NCBI GenBank assembly: GCA_013265495.1
Contig: MU058418.1
Coordinates: 1,700,917-1,764,916 of the forward strand
Direction: 5' to 3'
Length of the DNA stretch: 64,000 bases
DNA from: Vicugna vicugna
Taxonomy: Eukaryota
The notes under the pieces: generated by a model
Databases searched by the model: none
What the model was told of the DNA's origin: nothing
The model's input: the letters and a program-made list of their open reading frames with translations, nothing else
Shown: positions 40,173 through 51,995 of the stretch, one piece after another
How the letters are laid out: the number at the start of each line of letters is the position of its first letter
Numbering within the stretch: position 1 is the stretch's first letter
Translations under genes and position numbers: made by a program

Positions 40173-43027
40173 AAGGGTTAAGAACTAGGCTTCTCATTCA
40201 GAATGTCTATTTTTACTATATTTAAAAATATACATTCTACAGAACTAGAAAGATTAAGGGACTGATAAAGATGACAAGATACTTTGTCCCAATGCAAGGC
40301 AGATTATAAAGGGAGCAGGCATGAGAGCTCAGAAGGAGCCTCAAAGACACCTGCCACATCTCATGAAGCAAATTTAAGAAATTAAACATGGTAAAAAAAA
40401 AAATCTCTTCAAGCCCTGTTACTTTTGGGGTATTTTTTTGGCAATGTAACCTTAGCTTAGTTACTTTATCCTTAAAATCATATCAAGTTGTCAAGGCTGG
40501 GCCAGTTATCTGGCAGAGAATGAAAGGACTGTTTTGGGGACTTTCTGCTTAATACATCAGGCTTCTGTTGGGGGAAGCAGGGTCGGAACACTGACAGTGC
40601 AGTGCAAATCTCCTCAGTAGACCTTCAAGGCAAGCAGTCTCTGCAGCAGATAACTGGCCTCAAGTATCACACATGAATCGACTAGACGCAGAGGGTTCAG
40701 TTGCTTATGACAACACTGGCGCAGAGCCATCATTTGCTTTCCTATATTTTATATCCCTGAAAACGCATTTGAAAGTCAAATGTTCCTAAGTGGAATAATA
40801 GAGTAGCATGGTGTCAGGGAAGGAATCCAGTTCCCAGAGTGCTAAAACAATATTTATAAAACCCTTACTTTGGTCCTTAGAGGTGCTATTTCCTCTAGGG
40901 TGCTATTCCCCAGGGCCAAGGAACCTGGAAAGCAGGTGAAAACTTTCCCAGTTGCCCGGTGACTTGGGGCACCCTAAAGGGCATATGGTGCCAGAGGGCT
41001 CAACTTCCCATCTCCTCTCCCCTAGTCGCACTGTGAGGGTGAAACAGAATACTAATAGTTAACATTCCCTGAGTGCTTACACATATTACCTCATTTAATC
41101 CTCATAACTCTGTGAGGGAACTGAGGCTTATGGAGGTTATATAACTTGCCCAAGGTCACAAAGATTGGCAGAGTAGGACTTAGAGCCAGGTCTAACTCCA
41201 AAGCCCACGGTCTTGACCATTCTCCTCTAATGCTGTCCACATATTAAAGCACAGACCTTGGCAATGGACCTCTCCATGTACACTTGACTATGTGGATGAC
41301 ACCTACAGCTGCCTGCCTACAACCCCTCCCTGCTGGCACCATATTGACATTCTAGAATGGTGCTGGACTCCAAGGAGAGGACGGATGCTACAGATCTGCC
41401 ATCACCCCTGAGGCAAACTTCTGGGTAAGTCCACCACTTACCCTGAGGCAGTGGCTGGTTAGAAGAACACTTTGATAAAGTTGGACATCAGCATTAATCA
41501 GCTAACATATTAAAATTTAGTATACAAAAGGCAGTCAGCGGTGCTAGTTACACATGGATACAAAAATTACATAAAAATCTTTAAGTAATGCCAGTTTGGA
41601 GTTTGACTCGCTAGCTGCGAGACCTAGATTGAGTTCATCTTCTTCATCATCATTATCATCACCAATACTCATCATCATCATTACCAGTATTTACTGAGCA
41701 CTTACTATGTACCAGGCCTACTTCAACATACTTTACTGTTCACTTAATTCTCAAAACTACTCTGTGAGAATGGTATTATTATTATTACCTCCATTTTACA
41801 GATAAGTAAACAGTCTCAAAAAGCTAATTCATAATTAAATTTGTACAGTATATCAAAGTTTTTTTTACAAAATGCTTTACCAATGTGTTCTCCTTTAATT
41901 TTTTGTAATCCCATCACAAGGTAGATAATAAAACTATGTCAATTCACAGATGAGAAAACTGAGAGTACAGAGGTTAATTTATTCATGAGCATATGGCTGG
42001 TAAAGAAATTCCAAGATCTTTAAACTATTCTGCACTAAGATCTCTAGTCAATGTGAGACTCTTTATATATAAAATAGATGACTAGAGAAGAAAAAAATAA
42101 TCAAGAGAAAGAAAGCAAGAGCTTCTTTTGTTTTTAAAGTAGAATCATTATTAAAATTAAGAGAAACTTACAGCCTTTCCTTTGACATGCCAAAAGATTG
42201 CTAAGCACAGTGTTTGGCATATTGTAGGTACACAATAAATATGTCATGAATGAAATGAGAAGAAATAATTCACTAGGTTCAATTGTAAAACCTGTACTGC
42301 CTCAATAATTTCAATTATTTCTTATACTCAGAACCTCTGTCACCAACAAAACTGAAAAAATATGTGTTATATTTTATAATTTAAATCTGCCAGTGTATAC
42401 ATTACTTTATTGGGTGAGGTGTAATCACTATCAGCAACTTTGAGAGATCTTATTTTATGAGAAAACTTGTCTCCCTCTCATTTAAATCACTTTTTATTTT
42501 TGAAATGCTTCTCTAAATATGTCCTTTAGTACCACTGAACATATCACTCTACCACTATTTTGCAAGCCTTGGTCTCTATCACATGATTGGAAGAATTTCT
42601 TGCTGTGTTTAGGCTATGAATAGCATTTGAAAAATTACTCAGTTATAATTATAGACGGCTAACACCTGCCAACTTGCTAGAAAATGAAATCATGTAAAAT
42701 TTAAAGACTATTGTGCAATGCTTGTCAAGCACTGAAGTGTCAAAACAGTAAATGATCACTTTTAGTGGGGTAAACTAAGATTCTAATTAGACTTTACTGA
42801 ATATTACACATAGAATTGACAAAGTATCCAATTTAAATTTTTAAAAAGGCATATATATTTATTATCTTGTCAATGAAAACAATTTTTAAGTTAAAACCTA
42901 GGTTCTAGGGCATCTAAATAGTAAACACTTAGTGACTGTGTATATATGAAAGTTGATTTGGGTAATCACTTTCATAAAAACTCACATCATAAATTTTATT
43001 TTCCTTTACTATAGTTTAAAAGCTTAG

Positions 43028-43186
43028 GGCACAGGGAAACATACACAAGATCTTATGGTAGCTCACAGAGAAAAAAATGTGACAATAAATATATATATGT
43101 TCATATATAACCGAAAAACTGTGCTCTACACTGGAATTTGACACAACATTGTAAAATGATTATAAATCAATAAAAAATGTTAAAAA
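43028..43186 (+). mobile_element. Very short LINE-1 3'-end insertion with TSD
   Basis: Nearly identical to 18159-18318. TSD AAAAGCTTAG at 43018-43027 and 43187-43196, preceded by TTT as expected for an L1 endonuclease site. Confidence 0.93.
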
Positions 43187-45499
43187 AAAAGCTTAGAAAG
43201 TTGTTTGAAGGTAATTTTATAATGTAAGTAATAATCTATAAATCTATGAAGTTTTTTACTTTTTAAATTAAAATAGGAAGATTTACATAAAGCATAAAAC
43301 TAAAAGTATCTCATTTTTCTAAAGTAATTCTGTATTTCATCACAATCTAATTAGATATTTCTATAAGTAATTATATAAAAGAAATTAAAACATGGGAAGA
43401 CAGATAATTCTTGTGTTTCCAAATTTTACAAGTTTTTTTCATATAAACTGAAATATGTCACAAACTGTGACAATCTACTAGGATATGCAGACTCAACAAT
43501 AAAAATGCCAACTGGGAAAATCCAATAAATGGTCCTAAGTCATCCTACAGAAGCTCCCTAAGTATTTCCAGTGAAACAGCATTCTTTTAAAACACGCATC
43601 TTTTAGAAGAACTTTTTTCTATACACAAATGTCATGGTAAATGTATCTTTATTAACATTACTTTAAATTGGTATGTTAACTAATCGGGAAAAAAAAAAAA
43701 AGCAAAGCATCAAATAATGTTCTTGTAGTGTGACTTAAATTTCCAGTCTGCCCATTGCCCCCAGCAATACCATCATCAGATATTCTGGAGAACCCTCAGG
43801 TGCCCCTTAGTATACTGTACCAGCATAATTAAAGTACTAGGTAACATCATCAAGGTCAATTAAGGTATTTCTCTCTTAAAGTAATAAATATGATCTAGAA
43901 AAGCTAGGTCAAAGTAAATCCTATTTTCCACTGAATTCAATTTAACAAGTAAATATTTTACCACAGTGTGAAACAAATACATTGATTTGAGAAATTATGA
44001 CAAAGAAGAGATTAAAATTGTTGGCAAGGCTTGCTTGGTGCTGATGTACGTCTAGTGTAACTTTCATCCTTCTGTGCATTTTTAGCACTGACTCCCCCTC
44101 CACCAGCATATTCCCTGTCCTTCCACAAATTCTAAAATTTTACCCATCTATGGTTCCTCCAGTACATGCTAATTTGCTACCTCATAAACACTGCTTGTTT
44201 TTAAATATGAAATTCTTTATGATTAAGACATAACACCAAATAGGGCCTTGTTGTTTCAAAGCCTTAAGGGATTAATAATACTTAATTAGACTTAAGATTC
44301 CATGGTTACTTTCTGTCACATCAAAGTTTCAACAAATCCTTAAGTTGGCTGTTTGAGTTGTTATCATCTATTCAAATGCTTGAAAGCTATCCTGCAAATT
44401 TCTAATGGCTTACCAAGAGGAAAATGAATATAACTCTAAAACAAGAACAGCACATCTATTTCCTAGTTCTTTTACTCCATGAATGATCTGGACAGTACTT
44501 CAAGGACACAAAGTGTTAAAGATAATAAAATAATTCTAATTAAGCTAAACTATTGTTTCAGGGAGTCCTCCACGGTATCATAAACAACCCATGACCTTAA
44601 ATTGAAATCTAATAGGCAAGTGTTTAACATCCCATTTTCCTACAAAGCACTATATCCGATTTATAAACAAACAAAAAAATTATGTTAGAAAAATATTTTA
44701 AAAATCAATCACTCTGGTTTTTCCCCCCTCATGCTAGAGACCATCTGGGGTACTGTAAGAGGAATAAAATATCTGAAATCAGAAAACAAAACAAAAAAAT
44801 AATATCCTTGTTAGTTTCAATCTTTCTTAAAAGTCAGAACAAAGGAAGAGAACAGGATGTATTTTTATATTATAAAGAGGACACTGGGGGTAGATGATGC
44901 AGATATGACTCATCCTGTAAGCCAGTGGGTAAAAAGAAAATAGGCTCTTTACTTTGTTTTCAAATTACGTAGAAAAAAAAAGTTAAAGATTTGCCTTCAG
45001 TTTCTTTACATTCTTCATCCAAAGAAGCCCAGACAACCTGACGGTCAATAGTATTCTCCTTTGAGCTCAAAAGCAAAGAAAGAAAGAGGTCAAAGACAGA
45101 AAATGCAAGGAAGCACTGAGGAGAGAAGTGAGCCAGGAGGCTTTCAGAGGGAAAGGGATTGAGTTCTCAGTGAATCAATAAAACAAGGAAGACAAAAAAA
45201 AAAAAAAAGTGGATATGGAAGAGAGAAACTGTGTAAATAGTGAAAAGAGGACTTACATATTTGCTGTGATATCTAAGAGTCAGCAGTGAGTGTTTGAGAT
45301 GGACTAACTTAAGCTTTTGGCTTTGACTAGACATGGCAGTAAAAAAGAAATCAAAACAAAACAATCATCTTAAAAGGTCAACTCTACTTCCAAAATGTTC
45401 TTAATCTGTTATGTTTTATAGCATCATTATAAATTATGTTTCCAATCTAGTAGAATCTAAATTATAACTAGACCAAAGCAATATATTATCTAGTTACAT

Positions 45500-45995
45500 A
45501 TCAGTTTTACTGGCAGCCTCTGACTAAACCTATCTTCTGTCCCTCTTCTTTCTCACCAACAGAAATCTTTATTCACGTGATGGGGGTTCTTCTGGCTCTT
45601 AGGGGTTGAATGTGGATTAGTCTAAACCAAATAGAGAAATGTCCAATTTCCTTGCCAATGACTGGCTTAGTAAAGGGCATGTGACACTCATCAATAAAAA
45701 CTGAGAAGTCTGCTGGAAGGTTTCTGGGAAAAGCTTTCCTTCCCTGATACACACATGGGAAGAAACTCTTTTCCTCTTAGTTGCAGAGGGTCATGATTAC
45801 ACTTGGTACCTAGAACTGCTGTAGTAACCTTGTAACCATGAGCTGAGTCAGCACTTGCTAGGTTGAGCAAAGGAGAACAAAAAGATAGAAGATTAAAAGG
45901 TAGTATAATTCAGCTAATGATTCAATCATTCAAGCTTGAAACTGTCCACCCTCCAGATTTATTTTGTGAAATAATAAATCTCTTATTGTTAAAAC
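45500..45995 (+). mobile_element. Old MaLR (MLT1K/L-like) LTR remnant
   Basis: CCTTGCCAATGACTGGCTTAG, GGGCATGTGAC, TTCTGGGAAAAGCTTTCCT and TGTGAAATAATAAATC motifs. Confidence 0.6.
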
Positions 45996-48900
45996 TACAA
46001 ACTGTATACTACCCAGTGGATACCAACTGGATACTCCAATTGCAACTCTAACAAACTGTAAATGTGCACCATATCCAACAGCTGAAGTTTCTTTTCTCCC
46101 TTGGAGGGTAACAATCACTTCACTAAATGAAAGCCCCCTCCACCCCACTTAACAAAGATAAATACTTTGCTATTTGGTCTAAATTTTCTATCTTAAGCCA
46201 AGTTACTTTCAGTCAGTGTTAACTGTTGGCAGCCATATAAGAAAATTTAAGTTTTCCTTTTTCATGGTATGGAAATGAAGAGGATCAAATGACTACTCTT
46301 GGAAAACTATTTGGCTATTTTGGATACTCCTCATAATCTTTTGATAAATATATACACACTCACATTTTCCCCCTTAATTACAAGCATCACAAATACCATA
46401 GCTCACCAGTGGACTATATTAGTATATTGGGTCAGTGTTAACACTTCTGTTCCTTTGCTTAGGGAATCATAAGGTATTATGGGTTTAAAAAACAAACAGT
46501 ACAACTAAAGCCTCCTATGAGAACAGAAGACCTTCCTCAAAAGCAGGGAACAAATCTAATTTATCTTCCAATCCTGAGTAAAGTGCCTGGCACAGAACAG
46601 TTCTCAAAAAAATGTGTTGAATAAATTTAAGTATGACTTGAAATCAATAAATTGAGAACAGAGAATGCTATCTCCCAGTGTGCCAATTTTGTACAGGTTT
46701 AGCCATTTTGAGTTGAATACATCTTACTACCACCCTACCAACTCTCCCTTCCTAACATAGTCCTCTGAGCTGACCTATAGCAATTAAGGACCTTCAGGAA
46801 CAGCTGCAGGAATTGCAAATGCAGTTCAGCTTTTGCGGCTTACTAATGAATAACAGAAGGCATTACAGAGCACTGTATTTGAATTATTTGGTTTCCCGTG
46901 TAAAGCTGGAATGTTAAGTGGAAGCCAGATGATGTTGGACATTATATGGCATCCTAAAGAAGTTTGGATTCTATCCTAAATATTTTAGGGAGAAGAGAAA
47001 TATGGTCAGATTTTCATTTTAGATTAATAGCTCTGCAATTATGTGGAGGATGGATATAAAGGTAGAGGATGAGTTAAGTCTAGAAAAATAAAAGGTAACA
47101 ATGTCAGAACTAGAATAGTGGTGGCAGGGGCAGAAATCCCTTCAAGCACTATTACGAATCAGATTGTATCATAGGAAACCCAATCTCAACATGTCTAAAA
47201 CAGAAACTCATCATTCCCCTAAACTGACCCTCTACCACTGTTCTGTCTCTTGAAATGACTGAACTATTTACCAAGTAGTACAAGCCAGAAACTTTAGAAC
47301 CATCTTTCATTTTATCTTCCTCATCTCCTATACCCAATTAAATAATATATCCTATGCTTCTAACTCCTAGCTATTTCACAGACGTATTCACCTTTTCCCA
47401 CTATGTCCCACTCCACCTTTGTTGCCTTGGACTAGTGGAACAACCTCCTAACTGATGCTGCCCATCCACGTTTCACCTCTGAAATCCATTCTCTGAACTG
47501 CTTCCAAAGTGAGCTTCTAATATGCCATGTATTATCATGTCACCATTTTGCCCAACACACCCCCTCAGTGGCTTCCCATTGTTCCCAGGATAAAGCTCAC
47601 AACTCTTAACATGGCCCACAAGATCCTCTGTTCTCTGGCTCCTGCCTAAAAACAGTAAGAATTCCTGACTTTATGGGAGTTTTTAATGTGCTAGGCAGTG
47701 TGTTATGCTTTATAAGCATTATTTCATGTTATTCTCATTGTGAGGCAGAACTATTAACATCGTCCTTATCTTGCAGATGAGGAAACTGAGTCAAGGAGAG
47801 ATTACATAATTTATCTGAGGTTGTAGAGTTAATGAAGTATTGGAGTCAGATCAGACTCCAGAGTGTGCGCTTAAGCTTTTACATTCTCCTCAAAATGTAT
47901 GCTCCAACCATACTGCCTTACTTTCCGCTCCTAGAATTCATCTGCCGTGAGGCCTTCACACATACTACTCCCTATGTCTGGAATATTCCTCTCACAAATC
48001 TCACTTTTGCCTGGATGATATTTATTCACCTCTGCTTAAATGTTATCCCTTCAGGGAAGTCTTCCTTTACTATCTAAAATTACACTGTTTATCTGTTTAC
48101 TATTTTATGGCCTATCTCCCTTCAGGAGAATGTCAAAATTGTTCACCAGTAATTCTCAGGTCTTAGAATGGCATTCAGCAGGGGTTCAATTAACATTTGC
48201 TGAATAAAGACATGAATGAATGATGTAGGGATGGAAACTCCCTAATCCAGTAACTTCATCTATTCAGACCAAGAAACAAAAAGAAGCCAAATATAAATTT
48301 GTTCATCTACTGGATATTTATTTAGTAGCTTCCAGGTCTCAGCCAACACTCTTGAGAACTTACAGCCCACTTAGGGGAGACAGATACATAAACATGTGTT
48401 TATAGCCCAATGTAAGTAAAGTGCGTGTAAGAATTGTGGCCAGAATAATGTGCAATAGATGTCGAGATGAAAAAGAGGGTATAAATCAATGGGAAAACTA
48501 CACAGTAGAGAAGATTCTTGAATTCTTTTGCAGGATAATGTGTCTTGAAATATATATCACATAGTCCAAGTATTTCACTGGTAAAACAGGAGAGGAGCAC
48601 TTTATATCTCATTTAATTTTCACAACAGCTGTATTATCATTCCCATTTTATAGATGTGGAAATCTAAGCTAAGAGAGGTCAAGTAACTAAACACGTTGAA
48701 GATTATGCAGCATATTAATAAAGGAGGAGAATTTATGACCAGTTCTGTCTTACACTAGTACCCATTTACTTACCATTAAATCAGTCCTTTGACCCTGTAT
48801 TCCCCAGAGCCTAATTACTTGTTTTCAGTCTAACTCTTAACAAAATTGGTTATCTGATTTCCCTTTCTAATATTTAAAAAGGCAGCAAAATAAAAGATTC

Positions 48901-50234
48901 AGGAGGAGAATGAAGTATTCTGACAGCAAGGGAAGGAACAGAAAAACTATAAAAACTGAACACACAAATTTGAACAAAATGGATTATATACTCCTATACA
49001 TTCCATTCTCAGCAGCACAACAGTATGTACTTGATGTGCTATTATGAAAAAAAAAAAAAGGATGTAGTCACCACACTAAGAGATAGAGAAATAACTTCTG
49101 ATGCTTAAAAGGGCAAACTTCAAGTACCAGAATATTAATTCCTCTCTAGTATCTCTGGATAAATAGAAATTGTGACAATTGTTTCCACAGTGTTTGTGAG
49201 AAGAAATATCCCAAGATCTTAAAGAGTCATCATTTTATGCACATGATTATTTTTGTGTTTCAAACTGGATTCAAACCAGAATAGAAACACTGTTCATTTT
49301 AGCTTACATATATACCCAAGTAAATTATAAAATTTAAAACTTTTCATATTATGAATTCGAACAACACTTGTGAATTACGTAATTTAGACTGATAAGCATA
49401 ACGAGCATTACTGACCATTCTTAATATCTAAAAACTTTTCACTTAAAAAATCTTCTAATAAATCTCTAATAAAACAAGATAAATTGAATATGTGCAAAAC
49501 AGGAGGAAAACTACATCATTTTTAATCTTTTGCACTCACAACTTAAATAGGCATGTTATGTTAAAAAGGAAAGAATCAAACACAGAGAAAGCTAGTTGAG
49601 TAATTTATCATAACAGTTTTTTTTACAATTCACTCAACCTGGATCCAACTTTTCAATCTGCAGATGTCAGCTCCTTTACACCATGGGCTTTTATTATTTT
49701 ATATAATTCTTTCTTTGAGAAAAGAAAGATTACATTTAGGGAACAGATCCTTTTTTTGTTTGTTTTGTTTTGCTCTTAAGAACAAGAGAAAATTGTTTCA
49801 TCAGTTATCTTGAATAAGCTGACTAGGAAAGATTTAATATTCTTTATCATTTTAGAGGCTTTTAAATGTGAAACTTTTCACATGTTTGTAACAATGTGAA
49901 AAGCATACTGGCTACACTTCCAACAACATGGACATAAGGAAAAGCAAGTGTTGCAATTAACTGTAACTTTCACATATTTTTCCCCCCAGGAGGAATGCAG
50001 TTTTTGTCAAAACCCTCTAGAAGAAAATACTTGTTTACTTGTATTTGAAAATTACTTTTACTTTAGTTCATCCTGTCCAATTTCAACCCCAAATTCAATG
50101 TTTTACAGAACACTCTAAATGTAAGATGCTGAGTGATTCAAATAACCTATTTGAAGTATATGCAAAGTGAAAAGGCTGCAAGTAAAACTTCACTATATGA
50201 GATAGACAGTTGTACTTATAATGCTCTTCCTTAC

Positions 50235-50501
50235 CTGGACGCTCTTCAGAATAAACTCACTTTTCTCTCTTACATCTTCAAAGGGACACCTCTTAGAAAG
50301 CATAAGCAGATGAGCAAGAAGTTTGTTCAAACCATCCAAAGAAACAGCATTTGAAAGCCCGTCTGATGGACGATAAGGTGGACGAAGACACTCGGTTTTT
50401 CTCAAAATGATTTGCCTGATGTTTTCCAGTGCTGTCTCTCTAGTAGTTGAATCTCTACTGCACAGTCCATCCCATCTCACTTCATTCTCTCCTTCAGCCA
50501 T
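50235..50501 (-). CDS. SESN1: Sestrin-1 long isoform (PA26-T1 type), first coding exon, 89 codons, phase-0 donor
   Basis: Translation MAEGENEVRWDGLCSRDSTTRETALENIRQ...LLAHLLMLSKRCPFEDVREKSEFILKSVQ matches the recalled N-terminus of mammalian SESN1 isoform 1. ATG at 50501-50499 is in a strong Kozak context (gtcATGG). The exon ends at CAG|GTAAGG (GT at 50234-50233); the ORF-track extension to 50193 is intronic. Confidence 0.96.
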
Positions 50502-51555
50502 GACAATTGGAGTTTTCTTTGAAGTCTTCAGTTACCTTTCAGCATGTCACCAAAAGCACTTCGTATTTTTAAAATGAGAAATTTAAGAAAAAAATCAGAG
50601 AAATCGAATTGTCATGAAAACACACGTCTGAGTGACATTTGGAACCAGAAGTGTCTTCAATCTACAAGATAGAGCTCGCCCTTTCCTTCTACCCAGAGGG
50701 GCAGTCTTCTAGTCAGAGACTGAAAACAAAAAGTTGGAAAGTTGAAAGCTTACAGCGCTGGCTTTGCAGGACAGGCAGTGTCAGGGAAGTGTTCTCCGTC
50801 TCGCGGGGTCAGCGGATATCCTCACGTTGTGGAGCTGTCAAATCCGTGTTCTGCTCAAAAAGGTTGGTAACAGTTGAACGCTCTCCAGCCATTCGGTGTT
50901 TTTTGTCTGTGCAGCCACGGTGTTCTCGGGAGCCTTCCCACCCCGCTCCTCCTCCGGCACCAGTCCCCGCCCTCCGCAGCTCCTCCCTCCGGGCCGGGCG
51001 CTGGCAGGGAAGGCTCACTGAACCCGGGCTCACTGGCCGCGGCGGCTGGAGACCCCAGCGCTCCAGGGGTGCGGGAGTCTTGTGCAGCTGCTGTCTCGGT
51101 GTCTCGGTGGCGGCGTTAGAGGAAAGCGTCTCCTGCCCTGGCGAATCTGAACCTCCGGGCAGACGCCGCTTCTTTTCGGAACCCTGCGTCCTCTCCCAGC
51201 GCCCGCCAAGCCAGACGGGCACAGGGTAGCCCCGCGATCCCCGAGCGCGGGGCTTGGCCGCGAAGCTGGCGGAGCTGCAGGGCCTGAGGCGCAGAGCCCG
51301 CCCCTTCGCCCAGCCCCATCGGTGGGGCTCGGCCCAGAGGGCGGGAGCGGGGAGGGGAGATGGGGTCCTCACCCCCCCCAGCCCCTCCCCTTTCTCCGCC
51401 CGGCACAAACCAGGAGCCGCCCCTGCCCCTGCTCCGTCTTCCCCGCCCAAGCATACGCGACCCGCGGAGGCAAAGCCATTGGAAAAAGCCCCGCCCTCCC
51501 ACAGGCTACCTCCAGACCCCAAGTCCGCGCGCGGCCGCCAACTGCTGCCGGTGTT

Positions 51556-51589
51556 ACGCATGCGTGACGGCAAGCAGGACGCATGCGTC
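51556..51589. promoter_or_regulatory. Two NRF1-like palindromes
   Basis: ACGCATGCGT at 51556-51565 and GACGCATGCGTC at 51578-51589; both carry the NRF1 core CGCATGCG. Confidence 0.7.
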
Positions 51590-51848
51590 TTAGGAGGAGC
51601 TTAATCGGCGCCGCCGGGGGGCGTTTTCCGTCCCCTAACGTTTGGGTTTCCTGGACTGTACAGGGGAAAGAACAGGGGGAGTTGAATTACACCGAAACTA
51701 TCACAGACAAGATAAACACACCCGAGAAAGAGGGCACAGGCACACTTCTGGAAGACCTTGAATCTAAATTTAAGATCAGCCTAAAAATAGTGACAGTCTC
51801 TTTATTATTGCAAACCCCAGATCTAAGAGGGCAGGGCGTCCTCGCATT

Positions 51849-51921
51849 GACTTCTGGGAAGTGTAGTTTTGGTGCCGCTGGCGCGTTCTGTTTGCGACAG
51901 AAACTACAGCCCCCAGGAGCC
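51849..51921. promoter_or_regulatory. Back-to-back ZNF143/THAP11-type ACTACAnnTCCCA motifs
   Basis: Minus-strand ACTACACTTCCCA(GAAGTC) at 51867-51855 and plus-strand ACTACAGCCCCCA(GGAGCC) at 51903-51915. Confidence 0.75.
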
Positions 51922-51995
51922 ACTGCGACGTTGCCTGTGGCGGCCTGCGAGCCAACGGTTAGCACAGATGGAGACTGACCGAGAGCGTCGGCTCG
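51900..51995 (+). other. CEP57L1: Probable non-coding first exon of the head-to-head gene CEP57L1 (start approximate)
   Basis: Donor-like TCG|GTGAGC (GT at 51996-51997) at the right side of the island. The gene identity rests on recalled human synteny; no CEP57L1 coding sequence is seen in the window. Confidence 0.55.

Larger units (their letters stand above)
1..50234 (-). other. SESN1: SESN1 intron 1 (partial, continues beyond the window start)
   Basis: Follows the canonical donor. No downstream sestrin exon (e.g. ELGIRIPRPLG...) is visible in the window, consistent with the very long first intron of this isoform. Confidence 0.88.

Noticed and set aside
50528..50540. Donor-like AAG|GTAAC in the SESN1 leader
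   Set aside because: Weak at positions +5 and +6, with no evidence of use.
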